A DNA stretch of 63,441 nucleotides, counting the filler, from Chiloscyllium plagiosum (taxonomy: Eukaryota): assembly GCF_004010195.1 (NCBI RefSeq). It is 4 parts of one record of this genome, joined end to end, with 100 filler letters (N's around TTAATTAATTAA, not from the genome) between each part and the next. Parts side by side here need not be neighbours in the genome. Positions count along the whole stretch, not along the records: positions 45,666 to 58,618 come from NC_057712.1; positions 58,719 to 63,441 come from NC_057712.1; 2 more parts are not named here. One strand, given 5' to 3'. Numbering within the stretch: position 1 is the first letter of the stretch; every line of letters starts with the position of its first letter. The notes below the pieces were generated by a model. The model did not search any database. It saw only the letters and a program-made list of their open reading frames with translations, and was not told the origin of the DNA. Positions 48,976 through 62,462 of the stretch are shown piece after piece. The position numbers and the translations under genes are program-made.

Positions 48976-49898
48976 GTTGTGGAGTATAAGATCATAAGAC
49001 ATTCTGCAAGAATTATATTTTATTTTGCTCAAAAAACTGCATGAATCCACGCAAGATTCTGTAAATCACTTTTTTTAGAAATAGAATTAGTCTGAACATT
49101 GGGGCACAGACGGCCTCACACATGGCTCACACCTTCAATGCATTATCTGAGACAACTTGGCACCTATTGTTAAAGTTCACTTGAAAATGGAATTTTAAAA
49201 AAGGTTCTGATGAAAGAATTGAAACCAACATGGTCATTCTAAAAGATGAGAGACTAGATTGCTCCCCACCCCTTTCCGCAAAGACCGTTCCCTCCGTGAC
49301 TACCTGGTCAGGTCCACGACCCCCAACAGCCCACCCCCCTTTCCCGGCACCCTCCCCTGCCATGGCACGGATTGCAAAACCTCCGCCCACNNNNNNNNNN
49401 NNNNNNNNNNNNNNNNNNNNNNNNNNNNNNNNNNNNNNNNNNNNNNNNNNNNNNNNNNNNNNNNNNNNNNNNNNNNNNNNNNNNNNNNNNNNNNNNNNNN
49501 NNNNNNNNNNNNNNNNNNNNNNNNNNNNNNNNNNNNNNNNNNNNNNNNNNNNNNNNNNNNNNNNNNNNNNNNNNNNNNNNNNNNNNNNNNNNNNNNNNNN
49601 NNNNNNNNNNNNNNNNNNNNNNNNNNNNNNNNNNNNNNNNNNNNNNNNNNNNNNNNNNNNNNNNNNNNNNNNNNNNNNNNNNNNNNNNNNNNNNNNNNNN
49701 NNNNNNNNNNNNNNNNNNNNNNNNNNNNNNNNNNNNNNNNNNNNNNNNNNNTATGAAAGAACTGAAACCAACATGGTCATTTTAACAGATTAGACACTTA
49801 ACAAACAGTCTAGGTCTTTTTCATTATATAATTTTAGTTGCATCATACTGTAAAATTTTTCTATAAATTCTGTGTCTCACTATCTTATACTCCACAAC

Positions 49899-49933
49899 TA
49901 CCTGATGAAGGAGTGTCGCTCCGAAAGCCAGTG
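49899..49933 (+). ncRNA. Minimal hammerhead motif (family 2; cleavage triplet mutated)
   Basis: TAC-CTGATGA-A-GGAGT-GTC-GCTCC-GAAA-GC-CA-GTG. Confidence 0.55.
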
Positions 49934-50242
49934 CTTCCAAATAAAACTGTTGGACTATAACCTGGTGTTGTGTGATTTTTAACCTAATAGAAAATCACTA
50001 TACGCATTCAGTAGAAAGTTTGCATTATCCAAACAACATCCACAATTCGTCAATCACGTTATAGCCAATTTGTGCTGCCAAAATATGCGTAATTGCAGAA
50101 CAACCTGTATACTAAACCCAGTCCAGTAAACACATTAACAAAGTTCTGTTCACTGGTCTCCAGTTGCTGGTGACATAAAAGAACAGCTAACTGGCCCATC
50201 ACTCTCTCACAATTAAAATATCTGAGATTAAATCAGATATTT

Positions 50243-50545
50243 GAGACTAGGGGTCACAATCTAAGAATAAGGGGTAAGCCATTCAGGACTGTGATAAGGA
50301 AGAATTTCTTCTCTCAAAGTTGCAAACCTATGGAATTCACTACCACAGAAAGCTGTTGGGGCCAGTTCGTTAGATATGTTCAAGAGGGAGCTGGACATGG
50401 CCCTTGCGCCTATAGGATCGATGGGTAGGGAGAGAAAGCAGGAATGGGATACTGCAATTGCATAATTAGCCATGATCATATTGGATGGTGGTGCAGGTTC
50501 CAAGGGCCGAATGGCCTACTCCTGCACCTATTTTTGTAACGTTCC
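50243..50545 (+). mobile_element. CR1 3' end (older subfamily)
   Basis: TRGHNLRIRGKPFRT..LWNSLPQ; 3'UTR AAGGGCCGAATGGCCTACTCCTGC. Confidence 0.85.
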
Positions 50546-53500
50546 TAAATCTCAAACAACTTCTTACACCACTATATCATTGATGCAAAGCAAGATCACA
50601 ATCACTCAGCACATGAATTGCCTAAACATCAGTGAAATTTCTCCTCAGTGAAATGTCCTGTCCTTCAGTGGAATCACAAAAAGCAAGGAAGATAATTGCT
50701 TCAACACGAGTACTTGCTAACATACCCAGTTTCCCAAAGGCACATAACTGATACATTTTTCTTTCAATATAAATAGACTTTAAAAACCACCCAAAACGCA
50801 AATATAAGCTCCATTGTAATATGTTTCAAAACCACAAACCACATTTTATTATGTCTTCCTTGGTAGACAGCAGAGCAGTTGAGAAAAAAAAAATGAAAAA
50901 TGATCAGACTCTGCAATTTTAATCTGCCTCAAAACCAATAAAGCTTGATTTTATTTCTGTGAGGTCGGGATATTTTCATATTTTCTAAAATATCAAAAAA
51001 GTAAATCCCTTCTTAATGTTCTGAACCCATCTGAATTCAGAAAATATATACCATAATATTTGCAATGGGTTTGTCTTTTTATAGACCAATCATTTATTTG
51101 GTGATCAAAAGATGCATTACTCTTCCACACCAAACTCAACTGCGTTGTCAGCGATTCAAAAGCACTTTTAAGATCACTTGTGAAAACAATACACATTAAC
51201 TACATCATTTTGTCAATTACTCAGAAGCTTATTATCTGCTGACATTACACTAATAATTAATCTCCAATGACGCTATTAAGAATCTCAAAGGCATAACATA
51301 TTGCAGTGTCAGGCAAAGGATTTTAAAACTAACAATTCTCAAAAACATGCAATATAAAATATCTTGCGCAAAATAATGGCCAATACTGGTAAAGCCACAT
51401 TTATTGCCCGTCCTTAGCTGTACTAAGTAGTACTGCCTTCTCCTTAAATGTACCCAATCCTTTTAGTTGCATAATGGCATTATGTACAGAAGTCCAGGCT
51501 AGTCTTCCAATTACAGAGAGTGAAGTGATATCCAAGTCAATGATATGGAATTTTGAATGGAACTTTGCAAGTGTCAGATATTGGCGCTTTTCTATGGTAG
51601 AGGTTGGTAGAGGGGAATGCTATCTTGGTGCAATTCTACTTACAGCAGCCACAATGCTGATCAGTCAGTGAACGTGAATATTGAATCCAATGCCAGGGCT
51701 AAATCAATATTGTTGAATTTGTCTTGAGTGTTGGTGCAGCTACATCCACCCAAGATCAGCTATTATAGTATTAATTGGTGAAGCAGGCCCAAGGGCTAAT
51801 GTGTCATACTCTATTTCAATTCAGTTCTTGTGTTCAAACATCTCAAAGCACTTCACATACCATGAATTACCAATTAAGCAGAAGAATGGGTCCTACGGAT
51901 AAATGCAAAAAAATTGTATGCAGCATTTTGAAAGCCTCTCACATCTTTTTTTTATATTGCTATCCTCCTACTCTGTTCCTGCGCTGCATTATCAATTTTG
52001 CATTTATCAAAGCATCTCTTACAATCTCTACACAAAAATTCTTCTCAAATTTGAATGTTTTCTCTTCCAAGTACTACACACACAACAGCTTCTTAAGAAA
52101 TGGCCATCCTATGAAACCCACAACAAGTCTGAGGTCGTTCCTGGAAGATAGACCAGAATCTAATTTCTACATTTTAAGAGTTCTAGGTTGGGTTACATAA
52201 AAATACATTTATGACATGATGTGTATTTATGTGTTTAAGCCCAATAGTCAAACAGAAGCAACAGAAAAATTTTTACAGGAATGAAAGACTAAGGCATGTA
52301 AAGTAGGGGTGGAGGGATGGAGGGTGCCTAAATAAGACATGAATATAAAACAAAGGCTTTACATATGAATCTCTGAACCATAAGAGGAATTTACTGATTC
52401 CACATATAAAACTTAAATAGAAACAAGCCAGCCACTGGTGTTTATTCCCTAAAGACGACTTCGTGGATGGTGCCTAAGACTTTTTCATTATTTCTATTTT
52501 CTTCTATCATGGGATAAAACAATTTCTTTTTCTGTTCCCACATTGTTTTCTTTCATGAGTGTGTGCCACTCTTAGGATTCCCTGTCCCTACTTCCAAAGT
52601 CTATATTTACAGGAAGTAATTAGGAACATGCAAAGATTCATTAGACAGAAAAGTTGGAAAAACATCTTTTTCGAGCACCAGTTATGTCAAAACAAGAAGA
52701 ATACAAATTGTAAGAAAATTGAACGAAAGAAAACAAAAGAACAATCCAATGAAAAGCATTTAATGAACATGAAAAATGCCACTGCTAAGGAGCCCTGAAG
52801 AAATTGATAATAGTTTCAGAAAAAAATTGAACTTCTATTTATTAGCTGAAAGGACAACGCAAGCAGATTTCAAGTTTAAAAATAACATTTACTGCTCCAA
52901 TCACTAACGACAAAACACTTCTTAATTAAAACAATGGGTTGAATTGTGCAGGTGTTTTTGTCTAGTTGCCAGTTACAAGGTTTTTGGGACATATTTCACT
53001 GTGAAGCGAAACATAATTTCTCACCATATTTTACCAAATGCACTTTATTACCTACCTTCCTGTGCTTATGGTATCCCTCTTGTCCAATTCTATCCCCATC
53101 CTGCCACCCACCATTCCAAAAACAACTCAGCCTTGGAGAAACATGACAATGCAGAATTGCTGGGTAGAAACTAATAGCCAAGTTCCATATTCATGAGGAC
53201 AGCATCAACTGTGATCTTGGATTCACGTTGCACTACATGTAACCCCACCATAATGGTTCAGTGTTTGTAAAATCTTCCTTCCTGTTCGGTTTTGACACCA
53301 CTACCTTAATTACTTGTTATTATCTCTCTACCTTAATTATACAGTTTTTGATTATTTGTTACTTTGGTTAGATCCTCATCATGCGATTCTGATACCTACT
53401 CATGTTATTCCAGGCACTTGGTTTGTTTCTACCACCAACTTTTATTTTTGATTATTTGTAATTATTTCCCTGCCTTAATTAATCGGTTCATAGGTCAACC

Positions 53501-53674
53501 CTTCACTTGTTATTCAGCTATTGACACTTTACTCACACTGTTTGTACTTATCTGTTGACAAACTTCATTACCTGGAATTATAGAACATAGAAGAATACAG
53601 CGCAGTACAGGCCCTCGATAATCTTGCCATTATCTCTCCACCTCTATATTCTGTGCCTGCGTGCTTCCCCCCAA

Positions 53675-53797
53675 CTTCACCTGACAAGGAGAACTACTCT
53701 GAAAGCTTATGATTTTAAATAAACCTGACGGACTATAACCTGATGTCATGAAACTTCTGACTTTGTCCACCCCCGTCCAACACCAGCATTTCCACAT
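53675..53797 (+). mobile_element. Penelope-like pLTR (family 2), degenerate, with tail
   Basis: CACCTGACAAGGAG..CTCTGAAAGCTT..GGACTATAACCTG..GTCCAACACCAGCAT. Confidence 0.7.
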
Positions 53798-54094
53798 CTG
53801 TCCACTGTATGTCACGGATCCCATATTTGTGTTGTTTTCCTTTCCCAATATGATCTCACATGGTGCTGGATTTCCTTCTAGCTTCAGCTAGGCATACCTC
53901 CTAGCTTTGTTTTAGCTATTCATAAACTAGATTTTTCAAATTGGCTTCCACTTACATTTCACATGATAACTGATAACTGGTGGTATTTCACTGTTTAAGA
54001 TAGATGTCTATCCAAAATCTCTTTCTTTCATTTTTCGAGTTCACTGAAGATCACTCAAGACTATAAACTGTAACTTCCTAATATCACAAAAGTG

Positions 54095-54500
54095 TTACAA
54101 TGTAGAAGGCCATTCACCCTATCAGTCCTGCACTTTAACCAAACATCATGGCTTAGTTCCATTCGCTTACCTTTTCTTGCAATCCTGAATATTATTTCTA
54201 TTAGAATAATCTTCCAATGCCCTCTTGAATGGGGTTACACCGGCATCTCTAACTCTTGACTGGGCGAATTGAACAGCCTGCACCAGGTTTTCAGGCAGTG
54301 CATTCCAGATCCAAACCTTTTGCATAGTGAATAAGCTTTGATTTCTCATCTTTGTTTTGCATATTACTTTAAATCTATGCTCTCTCATTCTTTCATTCTT
54401 TATCCTTTCACCAGTGGAAATATTTTTTCCCTGTCAACTCTGTTCAAACCATTCATGATATTGAAAACTTCAATCAAACCGCCCCTTAGCCTTTGCCTCT
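54095..54500 (-). mobile_element. Old CR1 3' fragment
   Basis: REHRFKVICK..KVWIWNALPE. Confidence 0.65.
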
Positions 54501-54748
54501 TTAATCACATATGGTATACAATGGTCAAGTGGTACTATGACTTGATTATTAATCCAGAAATTTAGGTAAAATGGTGGAATAATTATCTGGAATTAAGAGT
54601 CTAACAATTACCATAAAACCACCATCAATCGTTAGAAAAACTCATCTCGCTCACTAATGTTCTTCAAGGAAAGAAACCTACCATCTTTACCTGATCTGGC
54701 TTACAGATGACTCCACACCCACAGCAATATGGTTGACTCTCTTAAAAT

Positions 54749-54974
54749 GCTGAAAAATGTGTTGCTGGAAAAGCGCAGCAGGTCAGGCAGCATCAAAGGA
54801 GCAGGAGAATCGACATTTCGGGCATAAGCCCTTCTTCAGGAATCATTTCTGAAGAAGGGCTTATGCCCGAAACGTCGATTCTCCTGTTCCTTTGATGCTG
54901 CCTGACCTGCTGCGTTTTCCAGCAACACATTTTTCAGCTCTGATCTCCAGCATCTGCAGTCCTCACTTTCTCCT
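54749..54974. mobile_element. Fold-back pLTR element (family 1), near-perfect arms plus tail
   Basis: Arms 54749-54843 and 54845-54938; imperfect TSD CTC..TTAAAATG. Confidence 0.9.
54845..54880 (+). ncRNA. Minimal hammerhead motif (family 1)
   Basis: ATTT-CTGAAGA-A-GGGC-TTAT-GCCC-GAAAC-GTC-GATT. Confidence 0.65.
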
Positions 54975-56364
54975 CTCAATTAAAATGATCTGGTAAACCA
55001 GTGAGTTCTATCAATCATTATGAAGACTCAAAAAACACATGACTCCACCAATTCAAGAAGATAGCTCACCACCACATTCTCAAGAACAACCAGGGACAAT
55101 AGTCACAACCCACAACTGAGTTTTAGAAAATCCTTCCTAGAGTTGATGCTTCTTGGTTTACTTCAAAGCCTGTAATTCGCATGGCAAAATGGGCTTTCTC
55201 TCCCCTCCTCTCAATGGCAACGAGAAACACACTAATCTTGAATACGAGTGAAATGCTCATCAGATATGTGTGAATACAACTGCTTTTCAGCTTAAACACA
55301 AAGGGATAGGCTCAAGCACAGCCCAAGATCATGAAGGGTCTTAAGAAAATGAGGGTTTTTTGCTCAGGGACTCAGAAACAACTGCTCTTGTCTCCATGTG
55401 TTTACATTCAGCACTTGTAGTTCAAGAAAATAATCTGACTCTCTCTTCAACTTTTATCAGTGAAACCATCCAAAAAGGCTCCAACGTAGGTCCATGATAC
55501 CTTTCATTCAATCTATATTTAAATGGCAATGTATAGTGTTAAAACATCATAATCTTATAAGCTTCTCACTTGTAACATAACAAACTAATCAAAACTACTG
55601 CGAAAATAAAACTGCATCTTGTTCACATCCTTGCCTTTCAGTGACTAGAACCAGATATAGCACACAGTGTAACCAAATCTTTATGCTACTTAAATATTAC
55701 TGTCTCTAACAACTCTTCCTTATGGTCATCCAGTTCACTATTCTTAAATCCTGCTGTGTGTTGATTCCGCTTGGTTCCATTCACCATTGCCACTTCATCA
55801 TTAAACTATTTCAACAACCCATGGAGGTCAGGACATTTTTTTAACCTCATGCGGTAATTGTCCATATTAAAATCTGCCATTGCCCCATTCAATTACAAAT
55901 TTTGTAGATTGTGCACTGTTTCTTTGAAGTCAACCATCCATCCTATTTTGATAAAATCTCAAATTTAGCAATGTACTTTAACTTTCAGCATTTAAGTTAC
56001 TAACGCAAATTAGGAATAATAGCCATCCAAATAGGACAACTTACTCAGATTTCCACAACACCAAGATATAACTCTGCAATAGAACAGAACTTTCTAATGC
56101 TTATCCAATTTTTAATCCACTTTCCAAACTTCCAATAGCTTCCAGTGTCATGAGTCTTTTACATGGAATTTTGTTGTCAAAAGCTTTCTGAACATCTTGG
56201 CATGCTAATTATCGGATCTTCCAAAGTTCATTTGAATGCCACTATCTCAAAATATATAGAAAAATTGGTCAGGTAAAAATATACTTTCCTTAATTTAAAC
56301 TGAATGTTCTTTACATTATTTTTGTAATAACAACTTATAGCACCATAATATAATGAAACATCCC

Positions 56365-57810
56365 TTTGCTGGACCCCTTGCTGAGATATTTGTATCATTG
56401 ATACCCATAGGTGAGAGGCCAGTAGACTGGAAGTTGGCTAACATGGTGCACTATTTAAGATGATATGGAAAAGCTAGGGAACTATCGATCAGTGATCCTG
56501 ACATTGGTGGTGGGAAGTTTTTGAAGGGAGTCCTGAGGGACAGAATTTACATGTATTTGGAAAGGCAAGGACTGTTGAAGGATAGTAAACATGGCTTTGT
56601 GCATGGGAAATCATGTCTCACTAGCTTTGATTGAATTTTTTGAAGTAAAAAAAGAGGATTGATGAGGGCAGAGCAGTGGATGTGATCTATATGGACTTCA
56701 ATAAGGCGATGAACAAGATTCCTCATGGTTGACTGGTTAGCAAGGTCAGATCACAAGGAATACAGGGAGAACTAACCATTTGAATACAGAACTGACTCAA
56801 AGGTAGAAGACAGAGGGCGGTGGTGGAGGGTTGTTTTACGACTGCAGGCCTGTAACAGGGGTGTGCCACAAGGATCGGTGCTGGGTACACTGCTTTTTAT
56901 CATTTATATAAATGAGTTGGATGTGAACATAGGAGGTAAGTGGCACCAAAATTGGAGGATTAATGGACAGCAAAGAAGGTTATCTCAAAGTGCAATGTGA
57001 CTTTGATCAGGTGGGCCAATGGGCCAAGTAGTGGCAGATGGAATTTAGCATTGGTAAATGTGAGGTGTTGCATTTTGGAAAGGCAAATCAGGGTAGGGCT
57101 TATAGACTTAATGGTATAAGTGGAGTCCTGGGAGTGTTGCTGAATAAAGAGATCTCGGAGTCCAGCTTTACAGTTCCTTGAAAGTGGAGTCGTAGGTAGA
57201 TAGGATAGTGAAGGCAGCTTTTAGTATGCTTGCCTTTACTGGTCAGTGCATATAGGTCACATTGCAGTTGTATAGGACATTGGTGAGGCTATTTTTGGAA
57301 TACTGTATGTAATTCTAGTCTCCCTGCTACAGGAAGGATGTCGTGAAACCTGAAAGGGTCCAGAAAAGACTTACAAGGATGATGCCAGGGTTAGAGGCCG
57401 AATAGGCTGGTACATTTTTCCCTGGAGCATCGGAAACTGAGGGGTGACCTTATGGAGGTTTATAAAATCATGAGGGGAATGGATAGGGTAATGAGACAAG
57501 GTCTTTTCCCAGGGTAGTGGAGTCAAAAACTAGAGGGCATAAGTTTATGGTGAGAGGGGAAAGATTTAAAATGGACCTAAGGGGCAACGTTTTCACACAG
57601 AGGGTGGTGCACGTTTGGAATGAGCTGCCAGAGGGAGTGGTGGAGGCTGGTACAATTACAACATTTAAAAGGCATCTGGATGGATATATGAACAGGGTTT
57701 AAAGGGATAAGGGCCAATTGCTGGCAAATGAGATTTAATCAATTTAGGATATCTGGTCAGCATGGACAGGTTGGACTGAAGGATCTGTTTCCATGCTGTA
57801 TATCTATATG
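56365..57810 (+). mobile_element. CR1 LINE, 5'-truncated RT to 3'UTR
   Basis: Collinear with 31790-32690 and 22500-23230; degenerate. Confidence 0.95.
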
Positions 57811-58585
57811 CCTCTTCACAGGAGTGTTAACAAGCCACATAACAATCCATTTGATCGGAAAACAAAAAATAGTCCAAGAGGGAGGTTTTACAAGTGTCTC
57901 CAAAGAGGAAAGAGTATTACTAATTCTACTGCTAATTTTAGTGTTCATTTCAATATAATTTATAAAATAATGTAAACAGTTATATTATTTTATGAAAAAA
58001 TGTGTCCTGGCCAAAGTCTGTTTTAATACCGACTTGAAAATAGGTACCATATTACCCACTAATGTCTTCTGATACTTCCAAAATCAATAGCTCCACCTTA
58101 ACGATGTTCAAGGTATTAAAAATCTGATCTCCCTTCTCTTCGAACATTAGTTTGATCTGGTCTATGAAGTTCTTTTTTTATTTGGGGCTTCAATGCAGTC
58201 TGGCTGGAAATTCACTTCACTTTTCTAATCATTTATGCTACTTGGGTTATCCAAGGAATGCTGCCTGATGCTCAATAGGTTATTGTTTCATCTCTGGAAA
58301 TATCACATTCCCCATAGTTAAGAGCTGTTCAAGGGTACACTGGCTGCAATTTTGTGCAAGTGCATATAAAGCAATGGATATCTATTGCCATCTATTGGTC
58401 AGAGAGCTCTTTACGGTGCAAGTGACAAAAGTCTTCAAAACAAGCTACCCATCTCATTAACTAAAATTCCATAACCTTATCAGAAACCATAAAGCACGAG
58501 GAACAATCCTGAGTATCGGCTTCAAACTAATTTTCCATGCTTCAACTTGAGTTTCCCACTGTAGGGATCTATGTGAAACACAATT

Positions 58586-58618
58586 GTTTTTATTTCAAAA
58601 ATATACTTTATTCATAAA
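58586..58618 (-). mobile_element. Probable 3' end of a polyadenylated (L1/Tx1-like) retroelement abutting a gap
   Basis: Minus strand TTTATGAATAAAGTATATTTTTGAAATAAAAA. Confidence 0.35.
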
Positions 58619-58718
58619 NNNNNNNNNNNNNNNNNNNNNNNNNNNNNNNNNNNNNNNNNNNNTTAATTAATTAANNNNNNNNNNNNNNNNNNNNNNNNNN
58701 NNNNNNNNNNNNNNNNNN

Positions 58719-59016
58719 TTGAGGGGAACGGCCGCATGGGGTCCCTGCACTGGCTGCTTCCTCCCAGTTCCCCTCACTGTCACCCATCTGTCTGCAATCT
58801 TTGGAGTTACTAATTCCCTAAAGCTCCGATCTATGACCCCCTCTGCCTCCCGAATGATCCTAAGTTCATCCAACTCCAGCTCCAGTTCCCTAACACGGTC
58901 TTGGAGGAGCTGGAGATGGGTGCACTTCCTGCAAGTGTAATCAGCAGGGACGACCATGGCATCCCTCACCTCAAACATGTTGCAAGAGGAACATTGCACT
59001 GCCTTCACTACCATCC
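58719..59016 (-). mobile_element. CR1 ORF1 N-terminus (zinc finger + coiled coil)
   Basis: MVVKAVQCSSCNMFE..YTCRKCTHLQLLQDRVRELELELDELR; homologous to the 21872 ORF1. Confidence 0.9.
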
Positions 59017-59324
59017 CTCTAAAAGTAACCTTAAAAAAAAAAATCAATTGTAAAAATTTTAAAACCTAGTTCATGATTCAAAATAAACATACATCCTAGT
59101 GATGAAGAAGGATTCTCAGAAAGGGAGAAACCAATCACAGTTAACCAAGAAACTTAAAGATAGCATCAACTTGAAAGAGAGAGAAAATATGCAATGGTAA
59201 GGTTTAGTGGTAAGCCGAGTGCATTGGGAAAGGTTTAACAACCAACCAAAGATGACCCAAACGTAATAGAAGGAAAATATAAACTGAGGGTAAACTAACA
59301 AGTATAAAATACAATACAATACAG

Positions 59325-61365
59325 GTTCAGGCCCTTTCATAATTTTGTAGACCTTTATCAGGTCACCACTCAGCCTCTGGCTTTCCAGTGAAAACAATCT
59401 GAGTTTGTCCAACCTCTCCTCATACCTAAAACCCTCCAGACCAGGCAACATCCTGATAAACCTTCTCTACACCCTTTCCAAAGCATCCATGTCCTCCTGG
59501 TAGTGTCATGACCAAAACTGGCATGCAATATTCCGAATGTAGCCTCACTGAAATTTTCTACAGCTGTAACACAATTTGCTAACTTTTATATTTGATGCCC
59601 CGGCAGATAAAGGCAAGCTGTTTGTCTTCTTGACCACCTTTATCCATCTGTGTTGCCACTTTCAGGGAGCTGTGGACCTGTCCATCCATAGCTCTCTGTA
59701 TGTCAATACTCCTAAGGATTCTGCCATTTATTGTATAATTCACTCCTGAATTTGATCTTTCAAAATGCATCACCTCGTACTTGTCTGGATTAAAGTCCAT
59801 CTGCCATTTCTCTGCCCAAATCTGCACTCTGTCTATATCTTGCTGTATTCTTTGTGACAGTCCTCCTCACTGTCTGCAACTCCACCAATTTGAGTGTCAT
59901 CTCCAAACTTACTAAGCAGACCACCTATAGTTTCCTCCAGATTATTCATATGTATTACAAACAACAAAGAGCCCCTCACTGATTCCTGAAGAACACCACG
60001 AGTTACTGATCTCTATTCTGAAAAGTATCCTTCCACCACCACTCTGTTTTCTATGACCAAGCCAGTTCTGTGTCCATCTAGCCAGCTCACTCCAGATCCC
60101 ATGAGACTCTATCTTCTGTACCAGCCTGCCACGAGTTACTTTACCAAATGCCTTACTAATATCCATGTCGACAACACCCACTGCCCTTCCCTCAGCAATC
60201 ATTCTTGTCACTCCCCTCAAAGAACTCAATCAGATTGACAAGACATGACCTTCCCCATACAAACCCATGCTGCCTATCACCAACAAGTCAATTTGCTTCC
60301 AAATGTGAATAAATCCTGTCTCTCAATATCTTCTCCTATAGCTTCCCCACCTGTGATGTCAGGTTCACCGGCCTAAAATTAGCTGGATTATTTCTGTTTT
60401 CCTTCTTAAACAAAGAAACAACATTGGCCATTCGGTAGTCCTTTGGGACCTCACATGAGTCCAAAGAAGATGCAAAGATATTTGTTACAGCCCCAGCTAT
60501 TTCCTCCCTTGCTTCCCACAGCATCCTGGAATAGATGCCCTGGCCCTGAGGACTTGTCTGCCTTAATGTATTTCAAGACACCCAAAGTATTTTCCTTCAT
60601 TATATTGACATGCCCAAGAGTACTCTCACATCTTTTCCTAACCTTAACATCCCTCACGCCCCTCTCTTTGGTGAATACTGATGTAAAGTGCTCATTAAGG
60701 ATCCTCAGCCATTTCCTCTGGCTTCACACATAACATCCCTCCTTATCCTTGAGTGGACCAAAACTTCCCTAGTTACCCTCTTGCTCCTAATATGTAAGAC
60801 ATTCCTTGGGATTCTCCTTAACCCGACTGGCCAAGAATATTTCATGGCCCCCTTAGCCCTCCTAACTCCCCGTTTGAGCTACTTCTTACTTTCTCTATAT
60901 TCTTCAAGGACTTTTGTTTTTAGTTGCTTAGACCTTAGGTATGCTTCCTTTTTTTTTTGACTAAGCTAATAGCTTTCCCTGTCATCCAAGGTTCTCAAAT
61001 CCTGCCACTCCTGACCTTCATTTTCACAGGAACATGCCTGTTTTGCACTCGAATCAACTGGTCTTTAAAAGAGTCCCATTTGTCAGATGCCGATTTACCC
61101 TCAAACAGCTGCTTCCAATCCCTACACTTCAATTTGCATAATTCGGTTATAATTGGCCTTACCACAGTTTAACACCTTCATCCAAAGTCCACTCTTGTCC
61201 TTATCCATAAGTATCCAAAAACCTATGGAATTGTGGTCACTATTCCCAAAATGCTCCCCCACTGAAACTTTGATCACCTTGATGGGCTCATTTCCAATTA
61301 CCAGGACCTCCTCGTTGGACTACCCATATACTGTTTCACAAAACCCTCTGGACACACTTAACAAA
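59325..61365 (-). mobile_element. CR1 ORF2 remnant (EN end, RT, C-terminus)
   Basis: ANVVSLFKKENRNNPANFRPVNLTS, DMDISKAFGKV, WAEKWQMDFNPDK, YEERLDKLRLFSLE. Confidence 0.9.
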
Positions 61366-62205
61366 TTGGGGGTCCTTGTACATAAATAAAGAAAGCCAGC
61401 ATCCAGGTTCAACAAGTAACAGTGAATGCTGTTAAAATGTTTCCGGTAGTTCAAAGGGAATGAGCTACAAAAATAGGAAAGTCGTGATAGAACTATACAA
61501 GGCACTATTTCATCCACACCTGAACACTGTGAACATTTTTGGTCTCGTTATCTAAGGAAAGATGTACTGGCATTACTGGGCAGTCCCCGAGAAGGTTCAC
61601 TTGGCCAACCCCAGGTATGAAGGGAATTTCTTATGAGGAGAGGTTGTGTAGGTTGGGCCCATACTCAATAGAGTTTAGAAGGACGAGACACAACCTTACT
61701 GAAACCTATAAGATTCAAAGGGTAGATGTGGAGAGTTTGTTTCCTGTTGTGGGAGAGACTAAGTCCAGAGAACATAATTGCAAGCTAAGTGATTACCCAT
61801 CAGGACTAAGATTTTTTAAAATTCACTCAAGATACATGGGCGTCACTGGCTGGCCAGCATTTATTGCCTGTATCTAGTTTCTTTCAAAAAGGTGGCGGTG
61901 AGCTGTCTTCCTGAATCTCTACAGTCCATGTGCTGTAGGTTGACTCACAATGCCTTTATGGAGGAAATTCCAGGAGGAATTTCTTCTCTCAGAGGATAGT
62001 GAATGTATGGAATTTTTTACTACAGAGCACTGTAGACATTGTGTTGTTAAATGTGTTCAAGGCTGAGATACAGTGTTTTAATCAGCAAGGGGATCAAGGG
62101 TTATGGAGAAAAGGCAGGAAAGTAGAATTGAGGATTATCAAATCAGCCATGACTTCAATAAATGGTAAAGTAGGTTTGAAGGGCCAAATGGAATATTGCT
62201 GCTGC
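61365..62205 (+). mobile_element. Old CR1 3' part, interrupted by a family B tail (61815-61975, minus)
   Basis: SYEERLCRLGPYSIEFRR; NVWNFLLQ; tail GGCTGGCCAGCATTTATTGCC. Confidence 0.7.
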
Positions 62206-62229
62206 TAAATGGTTCTATCAGTACTTAGA

Positions 62230-62462
62230 GTCGAGAGTGTGGTGCTTGCAAAGCACAGCAAGTCAGGCAGTATCTGAGTGGCAGGAGAATTGATGTCTCG
62301 AGCAAAAGCCCTTCATCAGGAATACCTCGTCATTCTGGTGAAGGGCTTTTGCCTGAAACATCGACTTTCCTGCTCCTCGGATGCTGCTTGACATTCTGTG
62401 CGTTTCTAGCACCACACTCTCGACTCTATCTCCAGCATCTGCAGTGCTCACTTTCGCCAAAG
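62230..62462. mobile_element. Fold-back pLTR element (family 1) with 9-bp TSD
   Basis: Inverted arms plus tail; GTACTTAGA at 62221-62229 and 62463-62471. Confidence 0.85.

Larger units (their letters stand above)
48858..49983. mobile_element. Penelope-like family 2 element with inverted pLTRs (contains gap 49391-49751)
   Basis: Inverted arms 48890-49000 and ~49870-49983; TSD CTAATAGAAAAT at 48839-48850 and 49984-49995; includes a family-1-like ORF piece FRKDRSLRDYLVRS at 49260-49390. Confidence 0.8.
48772..50107. mobile_element. TA-flanked MITE (Tc1/mariner-pogo type, ~190 bp) split by a Penelope insertion
   Basis: TA|CAGGTCATTCTGCTATAATGC ... GCGTAATTGCAGAACAACCTG|TA imperfect ~21-bp TIRs. 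Confidence 0.7.
54520..55120 (+). mobile_element. Family B-related SINE/deleted LINE, split by a fold-back pLTR
   Basis: Body matches 42088-42370; LINE-type 3' end TTCAAGAAG..GCTCACCACCAC at ~55050. Confidence 0.65.
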
